64,000 nucleotides of DNA from Lingula anatina (Eukaryota; Animalia; Brachiopoda). The notes beneath the pieces were generated by a model that saw nothing but the letters and a program-made list of their open reading frames with translations, had not been told where the DNA came from and did no database searches. This document shows, piece after piece, positions 50,426-64,000 of the stretch (positions are counted from its first letter, which is position 1; each line of letters starts with the position of its first letter). The position numbers were made by a program, and so were the translations under genes. The stretch spans positions 42,634,788-42,698,787 of the forward strand of contig CM120640.1 of NCBI GenBank assembly GCA_051362555.1, in the 5' to 3' direction.

Positions 50426-53400
50426 GTCGCAATATCAGCTGAACAAGATCCACATCACAGAAGATGAGCTACAATAGATTTGCCAAGAATGCAAAACTGT
50501 CCACGAGTGTTAACTTATTTATTCCCTGAAGTGATGACAATGACAATATTCAATACTGTGACAGGCTGATACCAGTGACAATGATGGGGCAGACAAGGAT
50601 GGGTATTTGTGATTCAGAATCACACACCGTGTCAAGAGTCAAGGACACAAAGGCATCGCACCAATGCCTCTTTTGCCAAAGAACATTCTCTGAGAGAAAT
50701 GGAGTGTTTTACAAATGACATCTCGATCTTTTGTCACTTTTATGTATATCTGACTGCTGGACTTGGTCATCAGTAATGATGTTGGACAACAATTATGAAA
50801 TTTTAATCAAAAGAAGAAAAAGATGTGTTATAGAGTATATTTTACATTGTGGTGAGAGACAAAATTGATGTTACACAAGTGAAATTCACTGCAGTTTACA
50901 TTCCTGCTCACAGCCCCCCCCCCCCCCCCTCCCGATTGTCTGTGATCTATCATTAAGCAGGAATCTTCATAAAAAATCAATTTTTTAAAAGTACTTTCCT
51001 TATTTTCCTTCAAGTACAGGGCATATGCTTTGATCATAGTATCCTTGGTTTTGTTGTGCAAAGTGTGCTTATATTACAAGTTGGGCATGTCAACCTGAAA
51101 CATATCAGGTGAAATTTGTTGGTATATAAGTGCTAGATGTTAGCTCAGAGGCATTCAGGGGGTGAAATACCTGCATTTTTGATGAAGAGAATAGCGCCAT
51201 ACTTGCCTCAGCAGGAATCTCATGACATCTGTGGCATTGGGGCTATGTTCAGTCAAGTTCTTCAACTAAGTCTGCAATGCTACCGCCAGTAGGGATAAAA
51301 ACCTGAGGTGCTGCTTTAGATATCGACTATCTACAGAATCTGTTCCGAAACAATTATATTTCTGGTGTGAAAGGCTTGACATTTCAGAAATATGATTATC
51401 ATTTCTGCAATCAGTCATTGAATGTGCTCTATTTGGTCACTTGTCCTTATTTAAAGACTGTCCCCACCCTAAGTTGAGCTAAATATAGGATTTCCCGTTG
51501 TCCTTGTTTGTCTAAACCTCAGATTTTTATCCCATTGAACGTGATCTTGGTACATCACATGCTGTGACAGCATAAGATTTTGTGTAACAAGAGGCATAAT
51601 GCACTCGTTTTTCTATAATCTGGATACACTAAGAGTTTATCTAGACATTTCCTTACTGAGGGTGGTAAATTAAAGGCAGAATAATGACCTTCAGAATATG
51701 GCCACACCTCAAATACATCTTTGTTAAGGGTAAATACTCATGGTGAATATTTCTTAAGGCCACATTTTTTTTCATGGTGGCAACTTGATAAAGTATGCTT
51801 AATAAAGAAGAACCTGTTTTGAATGTTCTCTAAGAACATTTTTTACTGATCGGTAAGGTATCTTCTATAAATGTAACACTCCAAACCAATGTAGAAGTTT
51901 GTACTGAACCACAAAACCACCTCTGTAACAGGTATAAGATGAAGAAGACTTGTGTTAATTATGAGATTATTGAAAAAAATCAGAGAATTAACTACCAAGC
52001 CATTTGCCTCACCTGATCCTGCTCACCTAAGTACCTTATCTAAGCAGGGGATTAACTGGTCAGATATGGTAAAAGGGTCGGCACTTCAGTTCTTCACCTA
52101 ATCAACAAACTGCACTGCCAATTCAAATAAGCAGGGAAGTATTTAATTCCATATATTGACAATCATGTCATTAGGTTTGACATTATGTCATCATTTTGCA
52201 TGATTACTAGATAATGCGTGTAATATGAGGGATTTTGATGGGAGGGATGTGTTGGCTGTTAACCGTTAACCTGTGATCCCAAGTGACGGGACGGCATGGC
52301 AGGAACGACATGGCTTTATCACCATAATAATGTGTACAGGATTTATACCTCAAAGTCTTGGGAGGCAATTAAATCAAACCTGAGTTAACACAGAGGTGAC
52401 AATTACAATAAGCAATTATTTATCATTTCATCAAACTGATACGGCACAATGTACAGACATGATACATTGATAATATTTTAGACAGCTAAAAGTCAAATCA
52501 TGTTTGTACATTGTCAAATCAATCATCACAGTGAATATCATTTGTATAGTCAGCGAGATGTGATGTGTAGAAAAAATTAGGTTCATCTTTTCAAAATGTA
52601 TCTTTTAAGCAGAGAAGAAAAAAAAACCTTGAGTGTAAAATTATTTATTGTCATTTCAAAATCTTAGTGCTACAGTTCCTCACCCAGTATGGTTTATTGA
52701 CTGGATTATGCAAAATTATCGACATTTTTATCACTAAATTATGATTTTTTTTTTAGAAAGTTTGAAGAATACGCCCTGGCAGGCAGAGAACAATGCACAA
52801 GTCACTGCTCACAGCTAGTTTTTCCCAGACGCGGTTATTTTTAACCATGATAATCTTTTTATCAGTTGCACAAATGGCCTCCACCACACATGTACTCAGT
52901 GCCAGTTTTAGTTTGTTTTAGCAGAAACAAATGTTTTTAAGACCTGCACAAGGTCTACAGCATAAGAATATGTAACACTATGCAAATAAATTGTCACCAG
53001 AAATGCAGATTAGAATCATGTAGTTAAGGTTAGTAATACCAAATCAGACCATCAGCAATATGCATGCTATGAAAATACTTTCAAAAAAGTTGATATTTTT
53101 CAAGATTGGATGAAAGTCAGAAGTATGCGTTTTTGCTCTAAGAAGTCGATGCTAGTCCTGCCTGAAGTGAGAAATCACAAATTGTACAAAGTGTATCATA
53201 CATATAGCTGTGTACAGTAGTTTGTATGTGCTAGCTGTTTTGTGTCACTTTTTGTGTCGATATGTTATTGTTCTTTATTTAAGTTACCATGTAACAGAGT
53301 CTTATTTATGTAATATATTCTTGTACGAAAATAAAAAAAGACCTCGAAGTACATATGGGCTTATTTGTGTTTCATGATAAAACATGCTTGTCACAGTTTA

Positions 53401-56400
53401 GTTTAGAGATTACTGGCCATAAATAGGCCTTAGCATTACAAAACTTTCAAAATAAATTTGAAATAAAAATTTTGATTTATTTAAAATCATTACTTTGAAT
53501 GTGTACAAAAATGCATTTGATTTCACGCAGACAGGTGATTTGGTGCACATGTAGGAGGGAGGGGGGAGATATGAGCATAAGTATCACTCCATTAAATTTA
53601 CAAATTAAACAGGAGGTCAACGGGTCAAGACGCACATCAAGCAGATAAACAATCTTACCAATGATACCTTAGAGTATTATGCTATAATTAATTAAAGCAC
53701 AATCTTGGAGATTTAGGAATTTAAGATCTGTAAGGTACCCCAACATGTTCTGTGCATGCACTTAGATACCACAAGCAATGTTACACCTATCTTTCTAGGC
53801 ACATCATAAATATGAAACAAAATTTAGTGTAAACATAAACAAGGTGTCTGCAGAGGAAGTCTCAGATAAAGCAATCTCTTTTCTTCCAGGTTAACTGTTT
53901 GAAAAATCAGAAATAAAATTTAATTTACTGCCACTTCTGCAAAAACTCATTTTAAAGTAGGACTCACAAAGCAAATGTTAGTTTGATGTTTATTTACTGG
54001 GTCCTAGTTAATACTGACCATATCAGTACAAGTGGAACTCATATATTAAAAAGGTTGTTTAGCTTAAGGTGTCATCCCAAGATCAACCTAAAACATCAGG
54101 TGAACTTCCAGCGCTGCCTATAGGTAGAACTACACTAAACACTTCTTAACTTTGAAATGTGACATTAACTAAATCCTGCTGCCTGGTTAAGTGATACAAA
54201 TGAGAGGCACTCCATACTCTGCTGGATGGGGTCACCCTCACAAACTACATCAGACACTCATCAAATCACTCTACAATATTTACTGCTGGAGAGGTTGAAA
54301 TTTTTTTTCTCTCACAGGGACACAGAAAAAACCAAGTGATCCCCGCAGCAGACTTCCAGGCTATATGTCATGACAGCTCAAGACCTCAAGGTGCAACAGG
54401 TTGAAATCTTTGATGTCATTCTCTTCAAAGCTTCAATAGCAGTTTCCTAAGGGCTCTTGAGAAATATCCCTTGCAAAGGAATACCTATAGAACCTATACA
54501 CACCACCTGCAAACAAATTTTTACGTAAATATAAATAAAATTATACACTGTAACTGACACTTCATAAAGAGCCATGGCATTAAAAAAGATTTCACAACGA
54601 GAAAAGATTAATAACAGACCAAATATCATGTTAAAGAATAGAGATGAAATACTTTAAGAATACTATTATAAGAATATCCTTTTACCTGTGATTTACACAG
54701 GTACATATCACCCATATACGCCTTTTCTATTCAAGAAGAGCCCTGTAATTTATAAATGTCAAATTTCAGAACATTCAAATATTGTATTAAATAGCCAATT
54801 GCTTTATTTGAGGAAAAATACAGGTGCCATACGTGGTAACTGTAGGTTTGGTATTTTATAATAGCATTGTTAGTCTTGATACCTGTCTCCCCAAGATTTT
54901 CCTTTGAAGTACATTCATGGCTGCCAAATTTGTGACATCTTTGTACAAGTTGGAAATTCTTCCCTGGGAACTTCATGATCTCAGATTGCATCATTAGATT
55001 TTCAACAGATAGCTTTTTTTTACGGGTAGACCACAGTCATTTGTATGTTTGTGTGTGCGTGATGTGCATGCGTGCTTGAATGTGCGTGTGTGCATACATT
55101 AACACACAAAAATTTGTTGAAATGAAATATATTTCAATTCACAAAGAAAACATACCTTAGTACATCTTATTTTGTATTTTTCGACAGACACACAGCAGAT
55201 TTAAGCTGTTAAAATAATATAAATCAGATCAAAGACCATCATAATTGAGAGAGGTAGTTAAAGTGTCAGTTAAATGTAAGAAAATTGTGGTGTTAGCTGT
55301 TGGCTAAATTCAATAGTGTTATGATGTAAAGAAAAAATGGCAATAATAATGCACTGCACTATTCAACAGCAGAAGTTTAATTGGAAATGTAAGAATAGAA
55401 AGTGCAAAATGTTGAGATCCAGGTAAAATACAAGTGAAATATATGCCCGTGGCAATCACTGCAGTTGTTGTAAAATTCTTTAGAGAAAGGGTAATCAAAT
55501 TATCTTTTTTATTTTTATTCCATATGATCTTTTATGGTTTTCTTTGATGTTCTTGGCAAAAACGGTCACAGAGTGAACATATAAACTATCCCAGATTCAG
55601 ACATTTATGACTATATAGTACTTGAACCCTCATGACATTCTTTCTCAAAGTTATTTCAGCAAATAAAAATATCACCAAATAAATCTTTCACCATTTTGTG
55701 CAAACTTGTCATTATCACTAACTGAATTTTCATATTATGCAATCTGTGTAATCTCATTCGAAACAGTCCTTGAAACATTATCAAAGGCAATAATACTTGG
55801 TTATATAGAAAGAAACATATTCAAAAGTTCAAGTGCAGTGAAAACAATTTAGACATGAATAACCAAAAGGCAATTTATAATCCATTAGTTCAAATGGTCA
55901 GTACAAACATCCTCTGACTGGACTGTTCAAGTCAGGGGAGTAGATTAAGAGATCATATCCAACTCACTGGCTGTAAAACTGACCACAAATATACTCTTAA
56001 AATAATCCCAACTACCTGTGGTCACTTGACCAATCCCCAAGTTGGGTAATTCCAGACATTTCCTTCAAACAATGGTCATACTTGCTGCTGCCTATGTTAA
56101 CAGCCATTATTTATGTTCCCCATCATCTGCTTCTCCTTTAATTAAGTTATTACAATTTAATTCATGAAAATGGTACTCACTTAAATGACTTTGCTATATC
56201 TTTTTTATCCTTATTTTCATTATTTAGAGAAAACAAGCACCATGATGTATTTCTTTCAATCAATTATTTCCTTTTTTGTAAAGACATGTTCCCTTTATGC
56301 TACATTGTAATGTGCAAATCAATAGTAATTAGTGCCTCTGGAGCTGGCACATTGGTAATATATCATCCTGAAATGAAAGTGCACCACCCTTTTCTTGTCT

Positions 56401-59400
56401 AGGTCCAACATGACTACCCTATTCAAGTAAGCATTAAAAACTAAATTGCAAGGGCTGTATTTTTTCTCTCTTTTAACTTGTATACCTGAAAAGGATCTGC
56501 CATAAATAACCTTCAGATGATTTGTAACAAAATAACCATTTTTGGATATTTTAGTACAGAGTATGTATTGTTACTATCATTTTCATCATACGAAGATACA
56601 TATTTTAATCCTAGTGAACAAAAATGATAAAAGCTTTTGACAAATTCAAGCATTTTAAGAAAATGAAAAATATCCAAGTAATGATCAAAGAAATCAAAGG
56701 TTTAATGGGAAAAAGAATGAACTGCTTTCCCCTTGGATTAAGTTTATTGGGACATATCTACAACTTAATCTCCTGGGTAAAATTAAGCTATTAAATATCC
56801 ATCTCACAAGTTCACCAAGTTTGACTTTACAACCACTGAGACCAATCAAATGAATTATAGAAAATTGTTTTAATGAAATTCTTAACTAATAAACATTGAG
56901 AATTTAACCAACCCTTGCTGTTACAAAGTAGATTTCCTGGACCATTTGTCTAAATTCAGGAACTCTGATATGGAGTTGATATCATGAATTTTTAAAAAAA
57001 ATGAAAATACACATCTGAAACATTTGAAGAATAGCTTTCAGTACTAAATCACTGGAAATGAGGCTTTCCATAAAGACACAACTAGACACCCCTTCCAGAT
57101 AGACAAAAAAAAATCAAGTAAATATACTTATCTGAGATTTCTGAATATTCCCTATTAATTATTCTATCAGAGGTATTTACCACAACAATTTCATAATGGA
57201 CTGTTGTGCAGGATGATGGACACTTAGATCATCATGTATATTATCTTCATCTTTGGAGATTCCAATTTTTCCTACCCTGGGGAGGTCTACCCACCACTTC
57301 CTGGGCCACTGCCATTTTTGTGGTAGCAATTAGTGTTACAACAGTCACCCCTCTGGGTGAAACAAAATCTATTATTATTACTCTCCTTTATCAAATTCTG
57401 TTATAAATATCTCATTTCTTTTTTATCATAAAGTCGACAAATTATATCATGATGCTGGCTTCAGGCAAGTCTGCAAGGCATTCCCACCCCTTTACACTTG
57501 AACAAAAAGGGATGTAACTTCCAAAAACTGCAGGGGCCTTACCGAAAATTGGACCAAATTGATTCAAAATTAACCAATTCTTTGAGTGAGAGAAAGTTCA
57601 ACAAGATTCTGTTTGCTGTAAACATTGGAACCCAATTATCAGTTCAAAGTGTGAAGTTTGCCAACAACTCAGCTAAAAGTAATGGGCAAATAGACACACT
57701 CACACCTTCATCTCACCTTCCAAATTCTTTTTGTTTAAGAAACAAATTTATTTCTCTTTATGTCAACTTATTCCCCAAGCATAACCTTGGATTTGGACAC
57801 ATTATTCTGGTGCATTGAGCCTGGACAAATACACAGTGGAAATAGCCTTTGAGGGTTAGTTGGTGCAACAGGTTTTTCTCAGTGATATTCTACTCTTTCA
57901 GAATAGCATCAATTTGTTCGTAAGTGCCAGCGCAAGAGCTGGGTCAACAAGCTTCCTCGTTCAGAAGTAGACAGTGGGTACATCAGGGAAGGAAATAATT
58001 CAGTGCTTTATTGACACAGAACATTGTTCTTTTAGCTGAAATGAAGGGTGCACCTATATCAACATACCTTTACAGGTAGTCTCTCTTAATTGGGCTGGAT
58101 GATCCACTCTTAACCCCTCTTGAGACAAAATAATCCCCCTAATTATAGACTCCATCTGATCACTAATTAGTAGTTTGCTAACCACAATAATGGAAAAAAT
58201 CCTTTAAAAAATGAGACATTCAATAGGCCACAAAAAGGAATTAATCTCTCTGATCTTAAGATTATATTTCATTGGTAAACATCCAGCAATCCAACCAACC
58301 ACTCCTCTACTTACTCACTACTGGAACATCACTATGAGAGCTTCAACTAAATATCAGAATTAGTATTTGTTGGACATATTTATCTCATTTTAATCACTTA
58401 ATTTTTATTAGAAAAAACTGCAGTGTATAATCAATGATCTTACTTCCGAATTAGATATGCAGAGATAAAAAATGCATACATGCTCTAATATACAGCAAAA
58501 GAACAATACGAATTTGTAATTTACTGTAATGCAGATAAACAAGAGTGTTTTTGAGTGACAGAAATGGAAAATGAATAAGTAAAAGAAACGTTTAATTCTT
58601 ATAACCCCATTAAAACATCTGAAAATCTCATATTGCACTTTGTTTGCCTGTAAATTGCAGTAGGGGGCTAATAATGATTGATAGATTTATTCCTCCAATA
58701 CGTGAATTGGAAATTCAAACAAAAGAAGTTGATAGAATAAGAGAATGCCATGCTTCTTTTCTTTCACATCTCCCATCAAACACAATAAAACTTTGCCAAA
58801 AAAAGCTGTTTCCCAGCCAGGAAGATATGCACAAATAATAAGTGAACCTGGCCTTAAAGGAGAACCTAGCCTTTGATCTCTTCACACTTGACGAGAGAAA
58901 GTGACTAAGTGCATAAGAGAAAAACTTTAACAACTTTATAATTGGCCTACAATGTAAAACCTACAATTAAAGTTTGAGTAGATTGTCCCTGACAATCCCT
59001 CACCCCCACCAATACACCTATGACTCCACAGCAATTTACTTGAGACTGAGGCTATTTTGTCTGGACAGAACGGGAGACGTTGTAGTGACGTCTAAAGCAA
59101 AAGACACTACATTTTCTGATTATTATCTATAATTAATCATCAGAGACTATGATGCAAATATTTGACATAGTTTAGTGACATGCCCTGTCATAACTAATCC
59201 ACCCACATTAAACAGTTATTGTCAATGACAAAACAGACACAGAGACAAGTGTAAAATGTGTCACCAGTTTCAAATTAGAGGGTATGGATATATGGTTCTG
59301 TAGTTTAGTAATAAATTAAAGATAATCTTAGATTTAAAACTCCAGAAACATGACAGTGATCACAAAATTATAGTTTAGTCAAAAGTTTTTTTAAGAAAGT

Positions 59401-59731
59401 GATCACATGGAGGAAATGTACTTTTATTTCTCAAGAAAATGTCACATTTACAAACACATTAGGTCAGACAAGACATTTTAAATTCGAAGTACTGTCTGCA
59501 TGAAATGTCTTAAATCTTTATAAGTGATTATTCATAATAAAAAGCTAATTTTTCTAAATTTGCTGATATCTTAATTTGACAGGTTTTGGTCTCTACAACA
59601 ATTTCAGATTAAAGGTCATATAAAGGTAGACCTGAATAAAAACAAAGCTTAATCCCCACTGAGAGTAAAATAATAGCGCCTAGCTTGTGTTCAGACAGGC
59701 ATTTTCTCCCAATTAATTGTATAGGAAAGCA

Positions 59732-59750
59732 AGAGAGAGAGAGAGAGAGA
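59732..59750. repeat. (AG)n microsatellite
   Basis: Short pure AG run. Confidence 0.8.
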
Positions 59751-62700
59751 TGATAGAAAGAACTCGGTTTTCTTTCCTACATCTCAATAATCATATCAAA
59801 TTTAATATACCCAAGATTAAGTAGTGATTGCAGATATATATTTCTGGACACAGTGGGGGAAAACTTGAGACCATGCTGAGGCAAACAACTGATGATATTT
59901 TTATCATGTATTGAGAACACGCTAATTAAATTTGTGTTGTGTGTTACGCATTACAGCGTTTTCAAACATACATGTTATTGCTTGTATGTACATGTGCCTG
60001 TCCTGATTAATCAGAGCCCCTCCCTTCAGTAACAAGAATCCTGAAAACATTTGAACATTAAAGACTATAAAATGATTTCAAGCTGTGAGAAGTTGGCTGT
60101 ATAATTACTCATTGCACACTGTGGTACCCACACTCCTAACCACAGAAAAATATAGCACCTAGAAATATTGAAATAACTTTTTCCATTCAAAATATACACT
60201 TTCATGTAAGTTTACAATTGTAATATAATTAAACTCCATTTTTGTAAGAATTTTTCACAGAAAAATGCAGAGTCAAAGTACATAATAATAGTCCAACTGT
60301 TAAGCTTGTAAGATACACTTATTTTTAGAAACCATTCAGAGGTAAAACTTTTTTCCTGAAAATAGAAAAAAAAATTCAAAACAGTCAGCTGGTAGGATTA
60401 TCAGTCTGAAAAAATCGCACTAAATGACCTCTGTTCAGCCCTCACTTCCTTACCAATGTCCAGAACTATTTCTCAGAAAAAAGCATTTGCCAGTGTTTTC
60501 TGGGAAAATATTTAGACATGTCGGACCACTTGGTGCACTCTCGCATCTAAGCTAATAAGCATACCATGAACTCAGAAACACCACGACGAAACTTTTGATC
60601 ATCGCAAACTGAGTTGATTCTGATAATGATAGGGATGTTATATCTACCATTGCATAAACAGAAGACTGATCTCTTGAAAATGTTTGGCATATTGGGTTAT
60701 TGTTTGCCCTAACCAGAGCGACTGAAGTTAACAAACAATCTGGATCCTCAGTATCTGTGTCAACAAATGAATAAGTGCCTTTAGTAAATTATGAAAAAAA
60801 GTTTAGGAAAGAAATCTTACTTATCAAATACACATACACTGTATTGGGTATGGTATGCATTTTACAAAAGTATAGCAAAAAAGAGGGATAAACTTGAACA
60901 TGTGTACTCTTTGAGAAAACATGAAAAAATAATGAAATGGTGAAAATGCAAAGACACAATGTCAAATCAGAAAAAAACGAACAAAATTACGAAGAAAAAA
61001 ATGCTCAAAGAATGTTGACTTCCATCCCCTGGCTTTAAGTGTGGAGTGAAAATTGTGACCAGAGCAAAGAATCAAGTTCAAGGTTAAATGAAAGTAAAAA
61101 CAAAGACACTTTATCCAACTCATTTCTTAAACTATGAAGAGAATACTGTGCACAGACATCCAAGTGACTCATTTGATGGTGTCCAAACAATTTCTTTTCT
61201 GTTCAACGTTTAATTAAAGTGGGATGGGATGTTTAGAAAACTCAAGGACAGTAATCCCAACTGGATATCACAGCGATAACATAGTATCATGTACATCCTC
61301 GATATTGCAGAAGCCTAAAACCTGCAAACACTTTAATTTCAGTGAAGAAAATTCTATTGAGGTCCTCAAAGAAAAGCTTTCTTGCTTCTAATCCAAGAAA
61401 AATATCACACCCAAGTGTTCGATTTATCTTAAGTTTTTTGTATCATGTTGTCAATGTTAGTTTTGGGCTATGGCATGATCCAGGCAAATTTGATTGAATG
61501 CAATTCTGGACAAAAGAAGATGAGCTATAAGACTACTTGTTTTAGTAGATAGTTTGGATCACTGCTTTTAATCAAGATTAAGAAAACTGCTAGGATAACA
61601 AATTTGTTTCAAAATTAATGAATAAAGCATCAGGGAATTTAATCATATTTCAACATCTAAAGATATCTAGCACAATTTTGTCAGTTCTTTTACGATATCT
61701 TTCACCTCCCTAAATCTACATTTGTATGCAACTACAAAAGAAGACTAAGAACAAGGTAAAGGCTCTAATTGCTCTTTCTAAACTATCATTGCCACCAACT
61801 AATGACTCAAAGCATACAATTAATTAAGGACAAAGCCTGCCTGTACCACTCTAGCAAATCCCTAAAGCTTTTTCCACTACAACAGACGAAAAATGTGACA
61901 GTCTGCACTATGTAGTTCACAACTCACTCCATGCCCAAATTTTGTGAATGGGTTCAATTCTGGTATTTTATTTGACAATTCCATGATGGTTTCATTTCCC
62001 CTCTGCAGTTGCCCTCCCACCTGTGATCAATGACGGGATAAGCTGGTGCTTGCCCCGCCCCCTCTGGGTGGTCCTCCTTGTTATAGGGTGTGAGTGATTG
62101 TGACCATGATAACACTTCTCAAACCTTCCATGTTACACCTCTATGCTCCATTGGATATTTTGTTGAATAAACTTAACATATAGGGGTGTTTTTCCATTAA
62201 TGTTCCTGCCTTGTGCAAAGCTTAATTGAAATTTTGAATTGGTTACAGAGCTGACGTGTCCTTACAACTATTGAATAGCTTTACACCATTTATTTTACTA
62301 GAAGGACCTTTCAATAAAACTGTCCGTCAACGTCCAAATTTTGAACAACAAACTTGTTTGTCCTATACCTATGCTTTCATTTGTGTAAATAAGGAAACAT
62401 AAATGTATTAATTTATAATGCTTAAGCATGGGAAAGGTTTAAAACATTTTTACCTGGATGTGAGATTATCTATATCACTTTAATTATTTAAAAATGTAAA
62501 ATTTCCCCAATGTCACAATTCTTCATGTTTTGATTTTGGTATTTTGTGCCTCTTCGTCATTGCTCTTTCTCTGGCTGACATCTTTTTCATTTCAAATCAG
62601 ATAACTAATAAAAGTACAGGTCTACTATGTTCAATCATAAAAACACTGAATTTTCAACATACCATCTGAAATGAATGACTTTAATGACATTTTTCTTTTT

Positions 62701-64000
62701 AAGTTTACAGTGTTTTTTTTTTCATTGTTCAACAAGTCCCAGTTCATCCAAATTTCTGTACTTTCAGATCTGATCTTTCTCTTTGCTCCCATTTTCTCCT
62801 TTAAAAGATGATATCTCAAAAGAATATGTGATGATCTCTCCCTTGAAACCTCTCCTAAGTGTTGGTTCTTTACAGCCACATCCCACTGTGCAATGGTTTC
62901 ATCTTTTCTTCATTAAACCAGAAGTCAAACATACAGTAAATAAGCACCCACACGGCTTATACAATCTACTTTTTTCTGCCACTTACGTACAACCTTCACT
63001 TTTATAGGTCTAAACTTTGAAGTTTTTAAAAATAACAAAATACAGCATTAAGTAAGTGTACCTACTTTTTTTAAAGATACAATGTAAAACCTGATAACAA
63101 AAGGACCTCCAGTTGACTTTTCCATCACTTAAAGAGCCCATTTGCCCAGTAAGGGTGCAAAAGGAAAATGATTAACCCCCCCCCCCCCCAACAACCCCTG
63201 TCATTCCTTGTCATTCTCTCTGTCACCTGAGGTGATATCTTCCTGGGTTGGACAGCAGTCATCATCATTTAGCCATATTGTTCCACACTAACACAAAGTG
63301 TTTTTACATGGCTATAATTTTAGCAGTCTACCCCTCCCCTCACTTAATGTTCCTGGCTCTGCCCTCTTATTAAACCATCAACACCGCCAAGATTTGGACA
63401 ATAAGAGTCATTTTGAAATTCCGATGCCCACGGAAAAAAAGGAAATCCCCAGCTCTGCCCACTGTCTGCCCAGCCATAATCACATCTTTATCTCAAAGAT
63501 TGCCAGTTCTTTTTTTGGTCTAATACAACTAACTATTGTCATATGTGTACTATAATTTTTATTGTTTATCTTGGTCTTATTTTAAGCTTTAAATCTATAA
63601 ATAGACAGTAGTAAACTTACACATTATTTTTTGGTGCTATTAGACTTTGTGTGGGGGATCATTCTCTAGTTACCAAGTTTATCCAAAGATTCCTCATGGC
63701 TGAATCATATCTAAGGAGAGCAGCAACAAGATGATGAAAGATACTTTTAAAGGGACATATTAGAATATGATAACTGACACGAAGTAAACAATCCTACTAC
63801 CATATTTATATTGTGAGAGTCTTGTAGTATTTACCAAGTCAGCTTCATGTAATCTCTTCTTTAGTGAAGATAAACTGAATCAAATTAATATAAAAATGAA
63901 GAAACAATACAGATGTCCAACCTGAAAAAAGTTTTAAGGATACCAACAGATTCTGTTAGATTTGTGTACTTTATAGGAAGGTAACATAAAACAAAAAATC

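Overview
This is AT-rich animal genomic DNA with spliceosomal introns, probably from an invertebrate (inference). It is not prokaryotic, and most ORFs in the supplied track are spurious. I reconstructed five intron-containing genes on the + strand by hand, checking splice sites and codon phase. (1) The 3' half of an alpha/epsilon-sarcoglycan gene (5537-10037) has a GC-AG intron, a 27-nt microexon and a skippable exon carrying PPxY motifs. (2,3) Two intact tandem paralogs encode a ~250-aa coiled-coil protein that resembles stathmin and ends in an RVxP motif (12672-13990; 20954-22289). (4) A five-exon gene for a 108-aa Gln/Val-rich protein with a Cys cluster is missed entirely by the ORF track (25373-27492). 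(5) A secreted 269-aa protein has an IGFBP N-terminal domain plus a 16-Cys C-terminal module (32658-50425). Between the paralogs lies a ~4.2-kb inverted duplication. Its arms look like convergent small spliced transcription units, each carrying a Sox-POU composite motif. The arms enclose a nested perfect palindrome and a 34-bp G-rich minisatellite. By eye, CpG content is mosaic (low, then normal, then low), consistent with invertebrate gene-body methylation. Gene models and family calls come from reading the sequence and from recalled motifs; no database search was run.
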